In this document: piece after piece, positions 1 through 8,936 of the stretch
How the letters are laid out: each line of letters begins with the position of its first letter
How positions within the stretch are numbered: position 1 is the stretch's first letter
Source of the DNA: a virus
Reading direction: 5' to 3' (one strand)
Length of the DNA stretch: 64,000 nucleotides
Virus record (IMG/VR): IMGVR_UViG_3300024581_002302
Location: 22,131 to 86,130 of that record
The notes under the pieces: generated by a model
Seen by the model: the letters and a program-made list of their open reading frames with translations, nothing else
The model's database searches: none
Told to the model about the DNA's origin: nothing
Position numbers and translations under genes: made by a program

Positions 1-1
1 G

Positions 2-1909
2 GTCACCGACCTGGGCGAGAAGGGTGGCGATCCTCACACCCGTCTGACTGGTGACCTCACGAACGCCTCGATGCGGATCGTCGTGGGCGACTCCCGCAAC
101 GGATGGGTCGACGCCTATCAATCCCTGATCGACCTGGCCATGGACCCTCAGGTGCGGCAGCGCCTGCTGAAGGCTGAGCGTGATGACCTGAAGGTGATCA
201 TCGACCTGTCTCAGGTTCGGCCTGCAGGCGAGAAGCTGAAGGGCTTCGGTGGCACCAGCAACCCCGTGAAGCTGGGCGAGATGTTCAAGAAGGTGGCCGC
301 CATCCTCAGCGGTGCACGTTCCCGTCGCTTGACTCCCGTCGAGTGCTGCTTGCTGATCGATGAAGCCGCGGCCTGCATCGTGGCCGGCAACATCCGCCGC
401 TCCGCAGGGATGCGCCAGTTCTCCTGGGACAACGAGGAAGCAGCCTCCGCGAAGGACAACCTGTACACGCAGGACAGCGAGGGCAACTGGAAGGTCGACA
501 CCGTCAAGGAGTCCCTGCGCATGGCCAACCACACCCGCTGTGCACACAAGCGCCCCAGCCTCGAAGAGGTGAAGGCTGCAGTCGTGAAGCAGTTCCACTC
601 AGGCGAGGGTGCGATCCAGTACGTGCCCGAAGCTGTGGCCCGCTCCTCCCGTGACCTCCTCACCACCGAGGACGACCACGAGGCATTCATCGACATGTAC
701 GAGCAGGGCTACGCCCGCGACTTCCTCTGCTCATTGATTGATGTCGATCGTCCTGACATGGACAAGGAGGAGAAGGAAGCGGAACTCGATCACCGCATGG
801 GTCGCTATGGCCTGAACCCCTGCGGCGAGATCCTGGGCGAGGACTTCCACTGCAACCTCGCCGAGGTGCACCTGTCCACCATCGACCCCCGCAACATCGA
901 CGCACAGATCGCTGCCTTCCAGGCCGCCGGTCTGCAGGTTGCAGCTCTGCTGCACCACGACTTCATCCATGACCGCTACGCCTACAGCCGGATGATGGAT
1001 CCCATCGTCGGCGTCTCCTTCACTGGCCTGTTCGACTTCTTCGTGCACGCCTTCGGTGAGGAGTGGCTCGCCTGGATGATGGCCGGACGTCCTGAGACCC
1101 AGGCCGGCTACGAGATGGCCGAGAAGGAGAAGGGCTACCTCTCCATCTGGCGCCGCACTGTCGAGGACGCAGTCAAGACCTACTGCGAACGCCACGACCT
1201 GAAGGTGCCCAACCGCACCACCACCGTGCAGCCTGCAGGTACCAAGTCCCTGCTCACTGGCGCCTCCTCTGGCTGGCATCCACCCAAGGCCCAGCGCTTC
1301 ATCCGTCGCATCACTGTGGGCGCATACGACCCCGTCGCCATGGCCGCCCTCGACTACGGCTACAGCGTCATCCCTGCACAGTCCGCACGTGATGACGAGG
1401 GCAACCTCCTGGACGACATCCACGACAAGCGCTCGACCGAGTGGTTGATCGAGATCCCCACCGAGGTCTCCTGGGCCAACATCCCCGGCATCGATCAGCA
1501 CGATCTCTCGAAGCTGTCAGCCGCTGCTCAGTTCGGCCTGTACATGCAGGTGCAGAACCACTACACCACCCACAACACCTCGGCCACGATCGAATTCCGC
1601 GAGGAAGAGATCGACGAGCTGTCCAGCCTCATCCATGACTCCATGGGCAAGGGCTACATCTCCGCCGCACTGCTCGCACGCTTCGATGCGAACGCCACCT
1701 TCCCTCGTCTGCCCTTCGAGCCCATCGACAAGGCCACCTACGACGAGATGATCGAGCGCGTCGCCATCCGTGGCGAAGACTGCCAGGACTTCCACCAGGC
1801 CCTGCGCAAGTACGACAGCGCCGACATCGAACTCGAATCCTCGAGCGCCTGCACCTCTGCAGCGTGCATCGCGAAGGCTGAGTCCGATGAACGCGAAGGC
1901 AAGGCCTGA
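2..1909 (+). CDS. nrdJ: Class II (adenosylcobalamin-dependent) ribonucleotide reductase, 5'-truncated
   Basis: Frame is open from base 2; motifs GNIRRSA, LNPCGEI..CNLAEV, TTVQPAGTKSLL and C-terminal ACTSAAC Cys pair. Confidence 0.95.
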   Translation, partial: VTDLGEKGGDPHTRLTGDLTNASMRIVVGDSRNGWVDAYQSLIDLAMDPQVRQRLLKAERDDLKVIIDLSQVRPAGEKLKGFGGTSNPVKLGEMFKKVAAILSGARSRRLTPVECCLLIDEAAACIVAGNIRRSAGMRQFSWDNEEAASAKDNLYTQDSEGNWKVDTVKESLRMANHTRCAHKRPSLEEVKAAVVKQFHSGEGAIQYVPEAVARSSRDLLTTEDDHEAFIDMYEQGYARDFLCSLIDVDRPDMDKEEKEAELDHRMGRYGLNPCGEILGEDFHCNLAEVHLSTIDPRNIDAQIAAFQAAGLQVAALLHHDFIHDRYAYSRMMDPIVGVSFTGLFDFFVHAFGEEWLAWMMAGRPETQAGYEMAEKEKGYLSIWRRTVEDAVKTYCERHDLKVPNRTTTVQPAGTKSLLTGASSGWHPPKAQRFIRRITVGAYDPVAMAALDYGYSVIPAQSARDDEGNLLDDIHDKRSTEWLIEIPTEVSWANIPGIDQHDLSKLSAAAQFGLYMQVQNHYTTHNTSATIEFREEEIDELSSLIHDSMGKGYISAALLARFDANATFPRLPFEPIDKATYDEMIERVAIRGEDCQDFHQALRKYDSADIELESSSACTSAACIAKAESDEREGKA

Positions 1910-1964
1910 GCCTGTGAGGGTTCGCACACGAACCCCGGTACACTTTGCTGCAGGTGAATGACTG

Positions 1965-1986
1965 AAGGGCCCTCGGGCCCTTTTTT
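1965..1986 (+). terminator. Intrinsic terminator
   Basis: AAGGGCCC-TC-GGGCCCTT hairpin followed by a T run. Confidence 0.8.
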
Positions 1987-2044
1987 CATAGGTGCCCGGT
2001 CCCTGCCTCGAACACAACCCCGGGATGCAATCAGCCTCACCTCC

Positions 2045-2701
2045 GTGCGACATCTTCGACTTCTGGCTGCTCTTGGCCTCGGTCTCGCGACTCCTTTCGC
2101 CATCGCGATCGAACCTCAGGCAGTCACCAGCCCAGCCCCTGATCCTCAGCCTGAACTCACCCCAGAGGAACAGCAGCTCGCCGCACTCACACCACTCTCT
2201 GATCTCATCGCCGAGGGCGAATCCGCCACCGTCGGCGACTACAACGCAGCCAACTCAGGCCGAGCCATGGACCTCGGCAAGAACGGCCTCCAGACCCTCT
2301 TCGGTCGTGACTGCTCTCAGGTCACCATCGGCGACATCATGGACGCTCAATACAGGGGCACCCTGCACGCTGCTGGGCGCTACCAGATCATCGGCCGCAC
2401 CATGTCATCTGCGGTCAAGTGGGCTCAACTGGGCCGCCATGACTACTTCACCCCAGAGAACCAGGACGCACTCTTCCTCGCTCTCCTGAAACACAAACGC
2501 CCTCTGGTCTGGGCGTACATCAACAGCTGGGGCTCAGCCACCACAGCAGCCGCAGCTGATGCCCTCTCGCGTGAGTGGTCCTCCATCCCCTACTGGGACA
2601 ACCGCTCGTACTACGGCCGGGGCGATCGCGCTCACGTGTCCCGCTCCCGCGTCCTGTCCACCCTTCGCGAGGTTCGCCATGCCTTCACCCTGTTCGCATA
2701 A
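2045..2701 (+). CDS. Lambda-R-like lysozyme/lytic transglycosylase with N-terminal signal peptide
   Basis: AEGES, AAGRYQI and FTPENQD motifs; GTG start at 2045 gives MRHLRLLAALGLGLATPFAIA (the track start at 1958 overlaps a terminator). Confidence 0.8.
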   Translation: MRHLRLLAALGLGLATPFAIAIEPQAVTSPAPDPQPELTPEEQQLAALTPLSDLIAEGESATVGDYNAANSGRAMDLGKNGLQTLFGRDCSQVTIGDIMDAQYRGTLHAAGRYQIIGRTMSSAVKWAQLGRHDYFTPENQDALFLALLKHKRPLVWAYINSWGSATTAAAADALSREWSSIPYWDNRSYYGRGDRAHVSRSRVLSTLREVRHAFTLFA

Positions 2702-2741
2702 GAACAAGGACTCGTACCTTGTGCCATCCCTCACTGCATCC

Positions 2742-2903
2742 ATGGACCCGATCCTCGATCGCACCCTCCAGAAGATCCAGCAGGGCCATCCCTTCTCCTC
2801 CCTCTCCCTGCGCGCTCTCTACATCCTCGAGCAGCACTACATGCAGGAACACCACCCCATGGAGAAGGCCGTCCACCGCGAGATCCTCTCGCGTCTCTCC
2901 TGA
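2742..2903 (+). CDS. Hypothetical protein (53 aa)
   Basis: ATG 21 nt after a CGTACCTT motif; phage-like codon usage. Confidence 0.6.
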   Translation: MDPILDRTLQKIQQGHPFSSLSLRALYILEQHYMQEHHPMEKAVHREILSRLS

Positions 2904-2908
2904 CTCCT

Positions 2909-3082
2909 ATGGAACTCGATGTCGAAGCGATGCCTCTCTGGGACATCCTCTGCATGACCAGAGACAAGATCGCCTTGTGCGGCGATTACGACCACCCAGC
3001 CGCTGCTGAGTGTGACCGACTCGAACTCCTGCTGCACCAGCTGGAGCACACCTACGAGGCCCCGTCCTACTCGCCGCAATGA
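2909..3082 (+). CDS. Hypothetical protein (57 aa)
   Basis: Hand-translated MELDVEAMPLWDILC...; fills the gap; below the ORF-track cutoff. Confidence 0.6.
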   Translation: MELDVEAMPLWDILCMTRDKIALCGDYDHPAAAECDRLELLLHQLEHTYEAPSYSPQ

Positions 3083-3127
3083 GTACCAACTGGGTCCGGA
3101 ACCATTCCCACGAATCACCTCTTCAAC

Positions 3128-3382
3128 ATGGCCGAATCTTTTGAACTCGATCGCGAGAAGCACATCGTCATCGATGGCAAGGTTTACCTGCGCGAGAAGC
3201 TCGAAGAAGAGCACATCCGCCTGATCTCCCTGGTCAATTACGCCGACCAGCAGATCGCCTCGAAGTCGACCGATCTCGACATCTACAAGGCAGGCCGCGA
3301 TGAACAGGTCAAGGCACTGATCGCTGCAGTGTCTGAACTGAAGCCTGTCGCTGAGGTCTCTGAAGAAGAGCCCGAAGCATGA
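3128..3382 (+). CDS. Small coiled-coil protein, DUF6447-like
   Basis: IVIDGKVY followed by an amphipathic helix; GGAACCAT 23 nt upstream. Confidence 0.55.
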   Translation: MAESFELDREKHIVIDGKVYLREKLEEEHIRLISLVNYADQQIASKSTDLDIYKAGRDEQVKALIAAVSELKPVAEVSEEEPEA

Positions 3383-3807
3383 ACGCATACCTCGTCGCAA
3401 CCTGGTGTCCTGATGCCTGGGCGCGTGAGTACACGAAGAAGTTCGAGTGCTTCGCGTTCTTCGCTATCGGGACCCTCGAGGAAGTGACGAGCATCGGCCA
3501 CGCGTTAGGTCTCAAGCCTCAGCCATGGATTCAGAACGGTCGCTGGTGCGTCTGTTTCGATCACGTGGCTGGCCAAGGCCTGGACGACGAGCGCGAGGTC
3601 AAGCAGTGGATCTACGAGATCGAGTACCACGGCATCGCCTGGACCTGGTCCCGTGATCTCATCCCCGGCGCACCGCCTGAGTCGATGGAAGAAGACAAGG
3701 CAGCGATGAACACGTTCGCCACGTACGACGAGTTCCTCCTGGCCCTCCACGAGCCGATCGACATGAAGGCCGGCTGGCGCCCTGACACTTTGCACCTCCC
3801 CGGATGA
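3379..3807 (+). CDS. Hypothetical protein
   Basis: ATGA overlap with the previous gene; codon bias. Confidence 0.75.
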   Translation: MNAYLVATWCPDAWAREYTKKFECFAFFAIGTLEEVTSIGHALGLKPQPWIQNGRWCVCFDHVAGQGLDDEREVKQWIYEIEYHGIAWTWSRDLIPGAPPESMEEDKAAMNTFATYDEFLLALHEPIDMKAGWRPDTLHLPG

Positions 3808-4046
3808 CTTCACCTGGCCTTCTCCTGTGCGGGTTCTTATTCGCACTCGTCCTCCTCTGGCCTGAGGAATCGAACGCAGTGGTCGAACGCTGTGTGCTCG
3901 AGATCCAGATCATGTGGCTCAACTTCCGCATGAAGCGGATGCAGAAGCGCCTGTACAAGCAGCTGTGCAAGGACGCCGAGACCCTTGGCCTCCCGCAGCC
4001 GCCCCCGTTCAAGTTCACCCCCATTCAAGAGCGAGGCAAGTTCTGA
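3804..4046 (+). CDS. Hypothetical membrane protein
   Basis: ATGA coupling; N-terminal hydrophobic helix. Confidence 0.65.
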   Translation: MTSPGLLLCGFLFALVLLWPEESNAVVERCVLEIQIMWLNFRMKRMQKRLYKQLCKDAETLGLPQPPPFKFTPIQERGKF

Positions 4047-4507
4047 TGTTTCTCCCCAACTTCAAGGAGATGGCATACGACCGCTGGCTGGAACGTTCAG
4101 TCGGTGGTCTGTGGGTCTCCGACCGTCGCTACCTGTACTACGGCAAGAACGGCGACAAGGTCGAGGCGAAGGCCATCAACCTGACCACGGAGTTCAGCGT
4201 CGAGCGCCACCAATACGGCACCTATGCGGTGACCTGGACTGGCCAGACCTCCGGGACGATGGTGTTGACCCTCGAGGACGACGTCCTGCATCGGGACATC
4301 GGGTACTTCTCGAAGGATCCCACCGATTCCCTGCTCGAGCGCATTGACCACGACACCGTGGTGTTCAGGACCACGTACGGCGGCCAGACCTTCCGCGAGG
4401 AGGTGCGCTACGTCGAGCCCGATCTGCGCCTACGTCAGACCGTGGGCTGGGATGAGACATCCGAGCGTCTGCTGCTGGCTGGCCAATACGTCGAGCGGAG
4501 GACCTGA
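4046..4507 (+). CDS. CpcS/CpeS-like (S/U/V-type) phycobiliprotein lyase
   Basis: W-x-S-x-R N-terminus, LHRDIGY and DTVVFRTTY..EEVRYVEPDLRLRQT resemble the CpcS beta-barrel pattern as recalled; TGATG coupling. Confidence 0.7.
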   Translation: MFLPNFKEMAYDRWLERSVGGLWVSDRRYLYYGKNGDKVEAKAINLTTEFSVERHQYGTYAVTWTGQTSGTMVLTLEDDVLHRDIGYFSKDPTDSLLERIDHDTVVFRTTYGGQTFREEVRYVEPDLRLRQTVGWDETSERLLLAGQYVERRT

Positions 4508-4893
4508 TGGGCATGTTCGACTCGGTCAACAGCTCGTACCCGATCTTCGGGAAGGGCGACCACGATCTGCAGACGAAGTCCCTGGACTGCGTGCTGGCTC
4601 AGTACTGGATCAGCCCCGACGGCCAGCTGTACCTGATCGACTACTCGTACACCCAGAACTGGGTCGAGGTGCCTGAGGGCGAGCGCAGGGGCTTCTTCGA
4701 TCGCTACCGCACCGAGCCGAATGGCAACAGGGGCCGCGTGTACGCGCTGCACTACTGGGGCCACATGCACCTGATCAACACGCACCACCAGGAGAAGACG
4801 GTGATCTTCGAGGACGGTGTTCTGGTTGACGTGGGCGATGACACCACGATCAGCCGCGGCCATTCGCCCCTGGTATCCTGGATCAGCAGATAA
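4507..4893 (+). CDS. Conserved cyanophage-type hypothetical protein
   Basis: MGMFD...LQTK.LD....YWISPDGQLY pattern; TGATG coupling. Confidence 0.75.
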   Translation: MGMFDSVNSSYPIFGKGDHDLQTKSLDCVLAQYWISPDGQLYLIDYSYTQNWVEVPEGERRGFFDRYRTEPNGNRGRVYALHYWGHMHLINTHHQEKTVIFEDGVLVDVGDDTTISRGHSPLVSWISR

Positions 4894-4970
4894 CAGAGGG
4901 GAGAGACCAGTCGGTCCAGGCCTGCCAACTGCGGGAGACCCCACCAGACACGGGGCAGTTGAAGAGAAGA

Positions 4971-4995
4971 GAGCGCCTTAAGGGGCGCTTTTTTC
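4971..4995 (+). terminator. Intrinsic terminator
   Basis: AGCGCC/GGCGCT stem followed by a T run. Confidence 0.75.
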
Positions 4996-5028
4996 ATGGG
5001 CTTCTCAGCGTGCACTCAGGTGATCGTG

Positions 5029-5057
5029 TTGACAACACGGCGAAATAGGGACATGCT
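5029..5057 (+). promoter_or_regulatory. Sigma70-type promoter
   Basis: TTGACA-17 nt-CATGCT. Confidence 0.6.
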
Positions 5058-5079
5058 GTTCGTATTCGCACAGAACGAC

Positions 5080-5277
5080 ATGGCCCGCACAAAAGCCCAC
5101 AAACAGATCGAAGCCATCGCTCAGGCCTACGGCTTCAAGCTGCACCGCCACACGCGGCACATGATCTTCCGCAACAACAAGGGCCAGCAGGTGGTCACCG
5201 CATCAACCACCAGCGACAACAAGCGCTGCCTGAAGAACTTCGAGGCACAGCTGCGCCGCTCGGCCGCATTGGCCTGA
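5080..5277 (+). CDS. HicA-like small basic protein
   Basis: 65 aa; AYGFKLHRHTRHMIFRN..GQQVVT fits the HicA/dsRBD-like pattern. Confidence 0.55.
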   Translation: MARTKAHKQIEAIAQAYGFKLHRHTRHMIFRNNKGQQVVTASTTSDNKRCLKNFEAQLRRSAALA

Positions 5278-5348
5278 ACCTGTCCGAATTAGAACCCATA
5301 CATCAACCTTTGGTAGCAGGGAACACTGAGGCCACACGGGAGAGAGCC

Positions 5349-5483
5349 ATGAAGCTCCACCTCTGGTCCAGCACACCCCACGGATCTGTGATCGGTGAGT
5401 ACAAGGGGCGCCAGATGCGCGCCCTGGCCTGCTACATCCACATGAAGCCCGTCTGGCCCTCAGTTGTTCATCCGCGCCAGTAA
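5349..5483 (+). CDS. Hypothetical peptide (44 aa)
   Basis: ATG 21 nt after GGAACACT. Confidence 0.45.
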   Translation: MKLHLWSSTPHGSVIGEYKGRQMRALACYIHMKPVWPSVVHPRQ

Positions 5484-6047
5484 GTCCATGGCGTTCATGT
5501 CCACGGCGTGGAGCATGAAGAAGGACTTCACGAGCGGCTCGTTCTCGATCTTGTTGGCTGACTTCTCGAAGAGCGGGTGATTCACCAGCTCGATCCGCTT
5601 CTCGACCGCCTCCTTCAGGATCTGCTCGTTGCTCGGGTACGGGGTGTCCTCGTAGTGGTGGTGGATGGCGACGGAGTTCAACATCGGGTAGGTGTCCTGG
5701 AACGCGACCCCCTTGTCCTCCATCTGCTCGACGAACTTCGTGTAGTGCGTGATGAACGCATCCTGTTCGACTGTCTCATCGACGTGCACGACCCGCGCTG
5801 TTCTCACTAGCGAATTTTGACAATGCCATCCCCAACCTTCGGTCAACGCGTACGCCCGGAGCGTGTCGGATTCGTATTCGTACAGGATGAAGTCACGAAC
5901 ATGATGTGCCGCTGGGTGCACGATCAACGGGGGCAGCATCTGGTGGATCAGGCACGCCTCGATCATGCGCTCTGACATGACGACGGCCAGAACCTCGAAC
6001 CCCTGCTCCTTCTCAAGCTCCAATTTTGCAAATGTGACACCCCGCAT
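5460..6047 (-). CDS. Hypothetical protein (start uncertain)
   Basis: Long ORF with coding-like composition; ATG 6047 chosen because the track start overlaps the portal gene. Confidence 0.65.
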   Translation of the reverse strand: MRGVTFAKLELEKEQGFEVLAVVMSERMIEACLIHQMLPPLIVHPAAHHVRDFILYEYESDTLRAYALTEGWGWHCQNSLVRTARVVHVDETVEQDAFITHYTKFVEQMEDKGVAFQDTYPMLNSVAIHHHYEDTPYPSNEQILKEAVEKRIELVNHPLFEKSANKIENEPLVKSFFMLHAVDMNAMDLLARMNN

Positions 6048-6165
6048 CGACAAAATAGACGCCCCAGATGGCCTATGCAACGTTTGACCGAATAGGCCCA
6101 CCTGAGGCTTGACAAGGGCACCGGAAGGCTGATACCGACGGGCGTGACGCCCCACACCATCAGCC

Positions 6166-7752
6166 GTGAGGGCTTCCATGTACGACGTACTCGTCAATCA
6201 TCCCACTGACGACCCGACCCTTGTGTCCTATGTGCGCCCCGAGCTGCGCGCGCTGTCCGAGGAGCTTGTCAGAGTCAACGACTGCTTCACGCTGATGCGT
6301 GGCGATGACTGCCGGGCCAAGTACTTGCACCAGGAACCAGGCGAGCCCGACGCCGCGTACATGAGCCGCATCAATAGGAGCACCTACACACCGGTGTTCA
6401 GGGATTCGATCCGCGCCTTCGCTGGCCTGCTGGGCAACTACCAGGAGAGCGAACTCCCCACCACCCTCGACGAGAACATCGAGAACGTCGACATGATGGG
6501 CTCGAGCCTGGCCAAGTTCCTGAACGATCTGGACCAGTTGGTCCTTCGTGATGGTGGTGCTGCTGTGTTGGTGGAGATGCCACCCGAACAGCTGGAGCTG
6601 GAGAGCGCACTCGAGGAGATGGAGGAGCAGCGTCGCCCCTACCTGGTCCACGTCGAGCGTCAGAACATCATCAACTGGAGGACCACCATGTCCGGTGGTC
6701 GTGAAGTGGTGCAGCAGTGCGTGATCCGCACCCTCGAGGAGCGTGAGAGCGAGGACGGCGTGTTCGGCACCCACCTGGAGCCTGTGTACGTCCACCTGTA
6801 TCCGGGCGGCTTCTGCAAGTACGAGCTGAAGCGTGGCGCAGGTGACTCGAAGTGGCAGATGATCAAGATCGCCGAGGGTGTGACCAGCCTCCCCATCGTT
6901 CCCCTGGTGTGGATGGGTGCCACTGGCTCGAAGTTCGGCGTCGGCTCTGTGCCCCTGGTGGGCCTGGCTGACCTGAGCATCCAGCACTACCAGCTACGGA
7001 GCGACCTGGCTGAACTGCTGCACAAGTGCGCCATGCCCGTGCCTGTGCGCAAGGGTGCACCAACAGATGCCCATGGCCGGCCTGCAGCGCTGACCATCGG
7101 ACCGAACACAGCCATCGACCTGCCAAACGAGGGGGACTTCTCCTTCGCTGAGCCCAGCGGCTCATCCCTGCAGCGTCACCAGGACGAGATCACGCACGTC
7201 GAGTCCCTGATGGACCGCAGCAGCCTGTCCTTCATGTATGGCCAAGGCGGCAACCGCACAGCCACAGAAGCAGCCCTGCAGGGTGCACAGATCCAGGCCC
7301 AGGTGAAGACCCTGATCGAGAACAAGGAGAGCGCGGTCGACATGATCGTCCGCCTGTGGGCGACGTACACGGCCGAGAAGATCAGCGGCGAGTCAGGCAT
7401 CGAGGTGTCCGATTCACTGATCCAGCGCCCACTGGAGGCCCAGGAGGTGCAGGCCCTGTTGAACCTGTACGCCGAGAACGCCATCAGCCACCAGACGCTG
7501 CTCGAAGAACTGCAGCGCGGCCATGCCCTCAGCTCTGAGATCGACATCGAGGAGGAGATCAAGCGGATCGACGAGGAGAAGAAGAAGGCCCAGGAGGCGC
7601 AGATGAAGATGATGGAGGAGATGGGTGGCCTCGCAGGTGGCCCTGAGGATGAGGCGCCAGCACCTGGCAAGTTCTCCGAGAGTGAGAAGGATCAGGACCC
7701 TGCCAAGGAGCAGGAAGCCAAGGCCAAGGGCACCGAAGCGGAGGCGAAGTGA
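6166..7752 (+). CDS. Portal protein (DUF4055-like)
   Basis: 528 aa; YLHQEPGE..AY..R..R..Y, PYLV......IINWR and RTATEA motifs; acidic tail. Confidence 0.85.
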   Translation: MRASMYDVLVNHPTDDPTLVSYVRPELRALSEELVRVNDCFTLMRGDDCRAKYLHQEPGEPDAAYMSRINRSTYTPVFRDSIRAFAGLLGNYQESELPTTLDENIENVDMMGSSLAKFLNDLDQLVLRDGGAAVLVEMPPEQLELESALEEMEEQRRPYLVHVERQNIINWRTTMSGGREVVQQCVIRTLEERESEDGVFGTHLEPVYVHLYPGGFCKYELKRGAGDSKWQMIKIAEGVTSLPIVPLVWMGATGSKFGVGSVPLVGLADLSIQHYQLRSDLAELLHKCAMPVPVRKGAPTDAHGRPAALTIGPNTAIDLPNEGDFSFAEPSGSSLQRHQDEITHVESLMDRSSLSFMYGQGGNRTATEAALQGAQIQAQVKTLIENKESAVDMIVRLWATYTAEKISGESGIEVSDSLIQRPLEAQEVQALLNLYAENAISHQTLLEELQRGHALSSEIDIEEEIKRIDEEKKKAQEAQMKMMEEMGGLAGGPEDEAPAPGKFSESEKDQDPAKEQEAKAKGTEAEAK

Positions 7753-7919
7753 TGGCTGCGCTTCACGAGGAGCGCTACGCCATGGAGATGATCGAGAACG
7801 CGGCGAAAATCCTGGACGGGAAGGTCGACGTGTTCTTGAACCTCGATGAGGACGGCTTCTGGGCCGAGGAGATCAAGATCACACTCAAGCGGCCGGGCCT
7901 GGAGCTGAAGAGCCTGTAA
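7752..7919 (+). CDS. Hypothetical protein (55 aa)
   Basis: TGATG coupling to the portal stop. Confidence 0.6.
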   Translation: MAALHEERYAMEMIENAAKILDGKVDVFLNLDEDGFWAEEIKITLKRPGLELKSL

Positions 7920-7965
7920 GGAGTCGAACAGGGCCTCGTACTTTGTGGCAGACGAGATTCTCTTC

Positions 7966-8256
7966 ATGTTCAAGGCCATCGCCGGCGTCGCAGCTGCCAC
8001 CACTTGCTGCTTGTTCAATCCTGCAGGCATCCAGGAGGCCAAGGCCGGCACCTGGTCCTACGACGGGCACATCCTCGGCTACCACGTCTCGAGCATTTAC
8101 GACAGCGGCTCCTATGGCGGCGTCGACGTGATCAACGTCTACGGCCCAGCAGGTCACGAGCGGATCTCCGTCCGCTGCAGCCCGTTCGACTGGGAGAGCT
8201 ATGGGGCCAACACTGCCGCCTTCTCCGCTGCCATCGCGAAGTCCTGGTGCTTCTGA
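7966..8256 (+). CDS. Small exported protein
   Basis: Signal-peptide-like N-terminus ending AKA; one Cys pair; CGTACTTT 21 nt upstream. Confidence 0.65.
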   Translation: MFKAIAGVAAATTCCLFNPAGIQEAKAGTWSYDGHILGYHVSSIYDSGSYGGVDVINVYGPAGHERISVRCSPFDWESYGANTAAFSAAIAKSWCF

Positions 8257-8283
8257 CCTGTTGTAGTTCTTACACGCACAAGA

Positions 8284-8309
8284 GAGGGGCCTCAGGGGCC
8301 CCTTTTTTT
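8284..8309. terminator. Intrinsic terminator, probably bidirectional
   Basis: GGGGCC/GGCCCC stem with a T run, between convergent genes. Confidence 0.75.
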
Positions 8310-8479
8310 CATGTGCAGGGCTGCATGATCCGCTCGATGCTGTGCACCAGAGGGAGGCTCAGATCGACGTGTTCGGTGACGTACCCATCGGACAGGATGT
8401 CGAGGGTGTACACGCCGGGACCCGTTTCAACCTTGCCGGCGATGCAGGCCAGGGCCAAGGGGATCGAGAAGAGCACCAT
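8309..8479 (-). CDS. Hypothetical protein (56 aa) coupled to hli
   Basis: TGATG overlap with the hli stop; MVLFSIPLALACIAGKVETGPG... Confidence 0.6.
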   Translation of the reverse strand: MVLFSIPLALACIAGKVETGPGVYTLDILSDGYVTEHVDLSLPLVHSIERIMQPCT

Positions 8480-8619
8480 CAGAAGATGCCCGGGATGATC
8501 TCGCCGGTGATGGCGTACGCGCCCAGGGCGGCGACGAGGCCGATCATGGCCAGGCGGCCGTTCAATTTTTCAGCGATTGCGGTGAAGCCATAGGTGGCTC
8601 CGTACTTGTGGTCGGACAT
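8479..8619 (-). CDS. hli: High-light-inducible protein
   Basis: AEKLNGRLAMIGLVAALGAYAITGEIIPGIF signature; 46 aa. Confidence 0.95.
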   Translation of the reverse strand: MSDHKYGATYGFTAIAEKLNGRLAMIGLVAALGAYAITGEIIPGIF

Positions 8620-8682
8620 GGGACTCAGGCAGGGACGGAGAAGCATTCCGGAACCCTGCGCGCGAACTTCGACTTCCATCCC

Positions 8683-8904
8683 ATGGAGACCCGTTCCTGC
8701 GGTAAGTGCGGCGCGACCTGGATCGACGGCCAGTTGTACTGGTCCACCGGCAAGGAGGCCGCAGAAGTGGATCTCGCTGGTCTGGTCTGCAACAAGTACG
8801 GCGACAGCCAGTGCATCAACCAGATGCGTGGTTCTGAGGCCGGCGTCACATGGGAGAAGCGCCTGAACGCAATCGACAAGCTCGACGACGAGCTGAAGGG
8901 GTGA
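8683..8904 (+). CDS. Small Cys-containing cyanophage-type protein
   Basis: CGKCGATWIDGQLYW...DLAGLVCN...CIN; ATG 25 nt after GGAACCCT. Confidence 0.7.
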   Translation: METRSCGKCGATWIDGQLYWSTGKEAAEVDLAGLVCNKYGDSQCINQMRGSEAGVTWEKRLNAIDKLDDELKG

Positions 8905-8936
8905 TCGGAAGCCTGCAGCCGTAGCGCGGGCAGACC

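Noticed and set aside
1958-2044. Track start for the lysozyme at 1958
   Set aside because: The extension runs through a terminator; GTG 2045 gives a clean signal peptide
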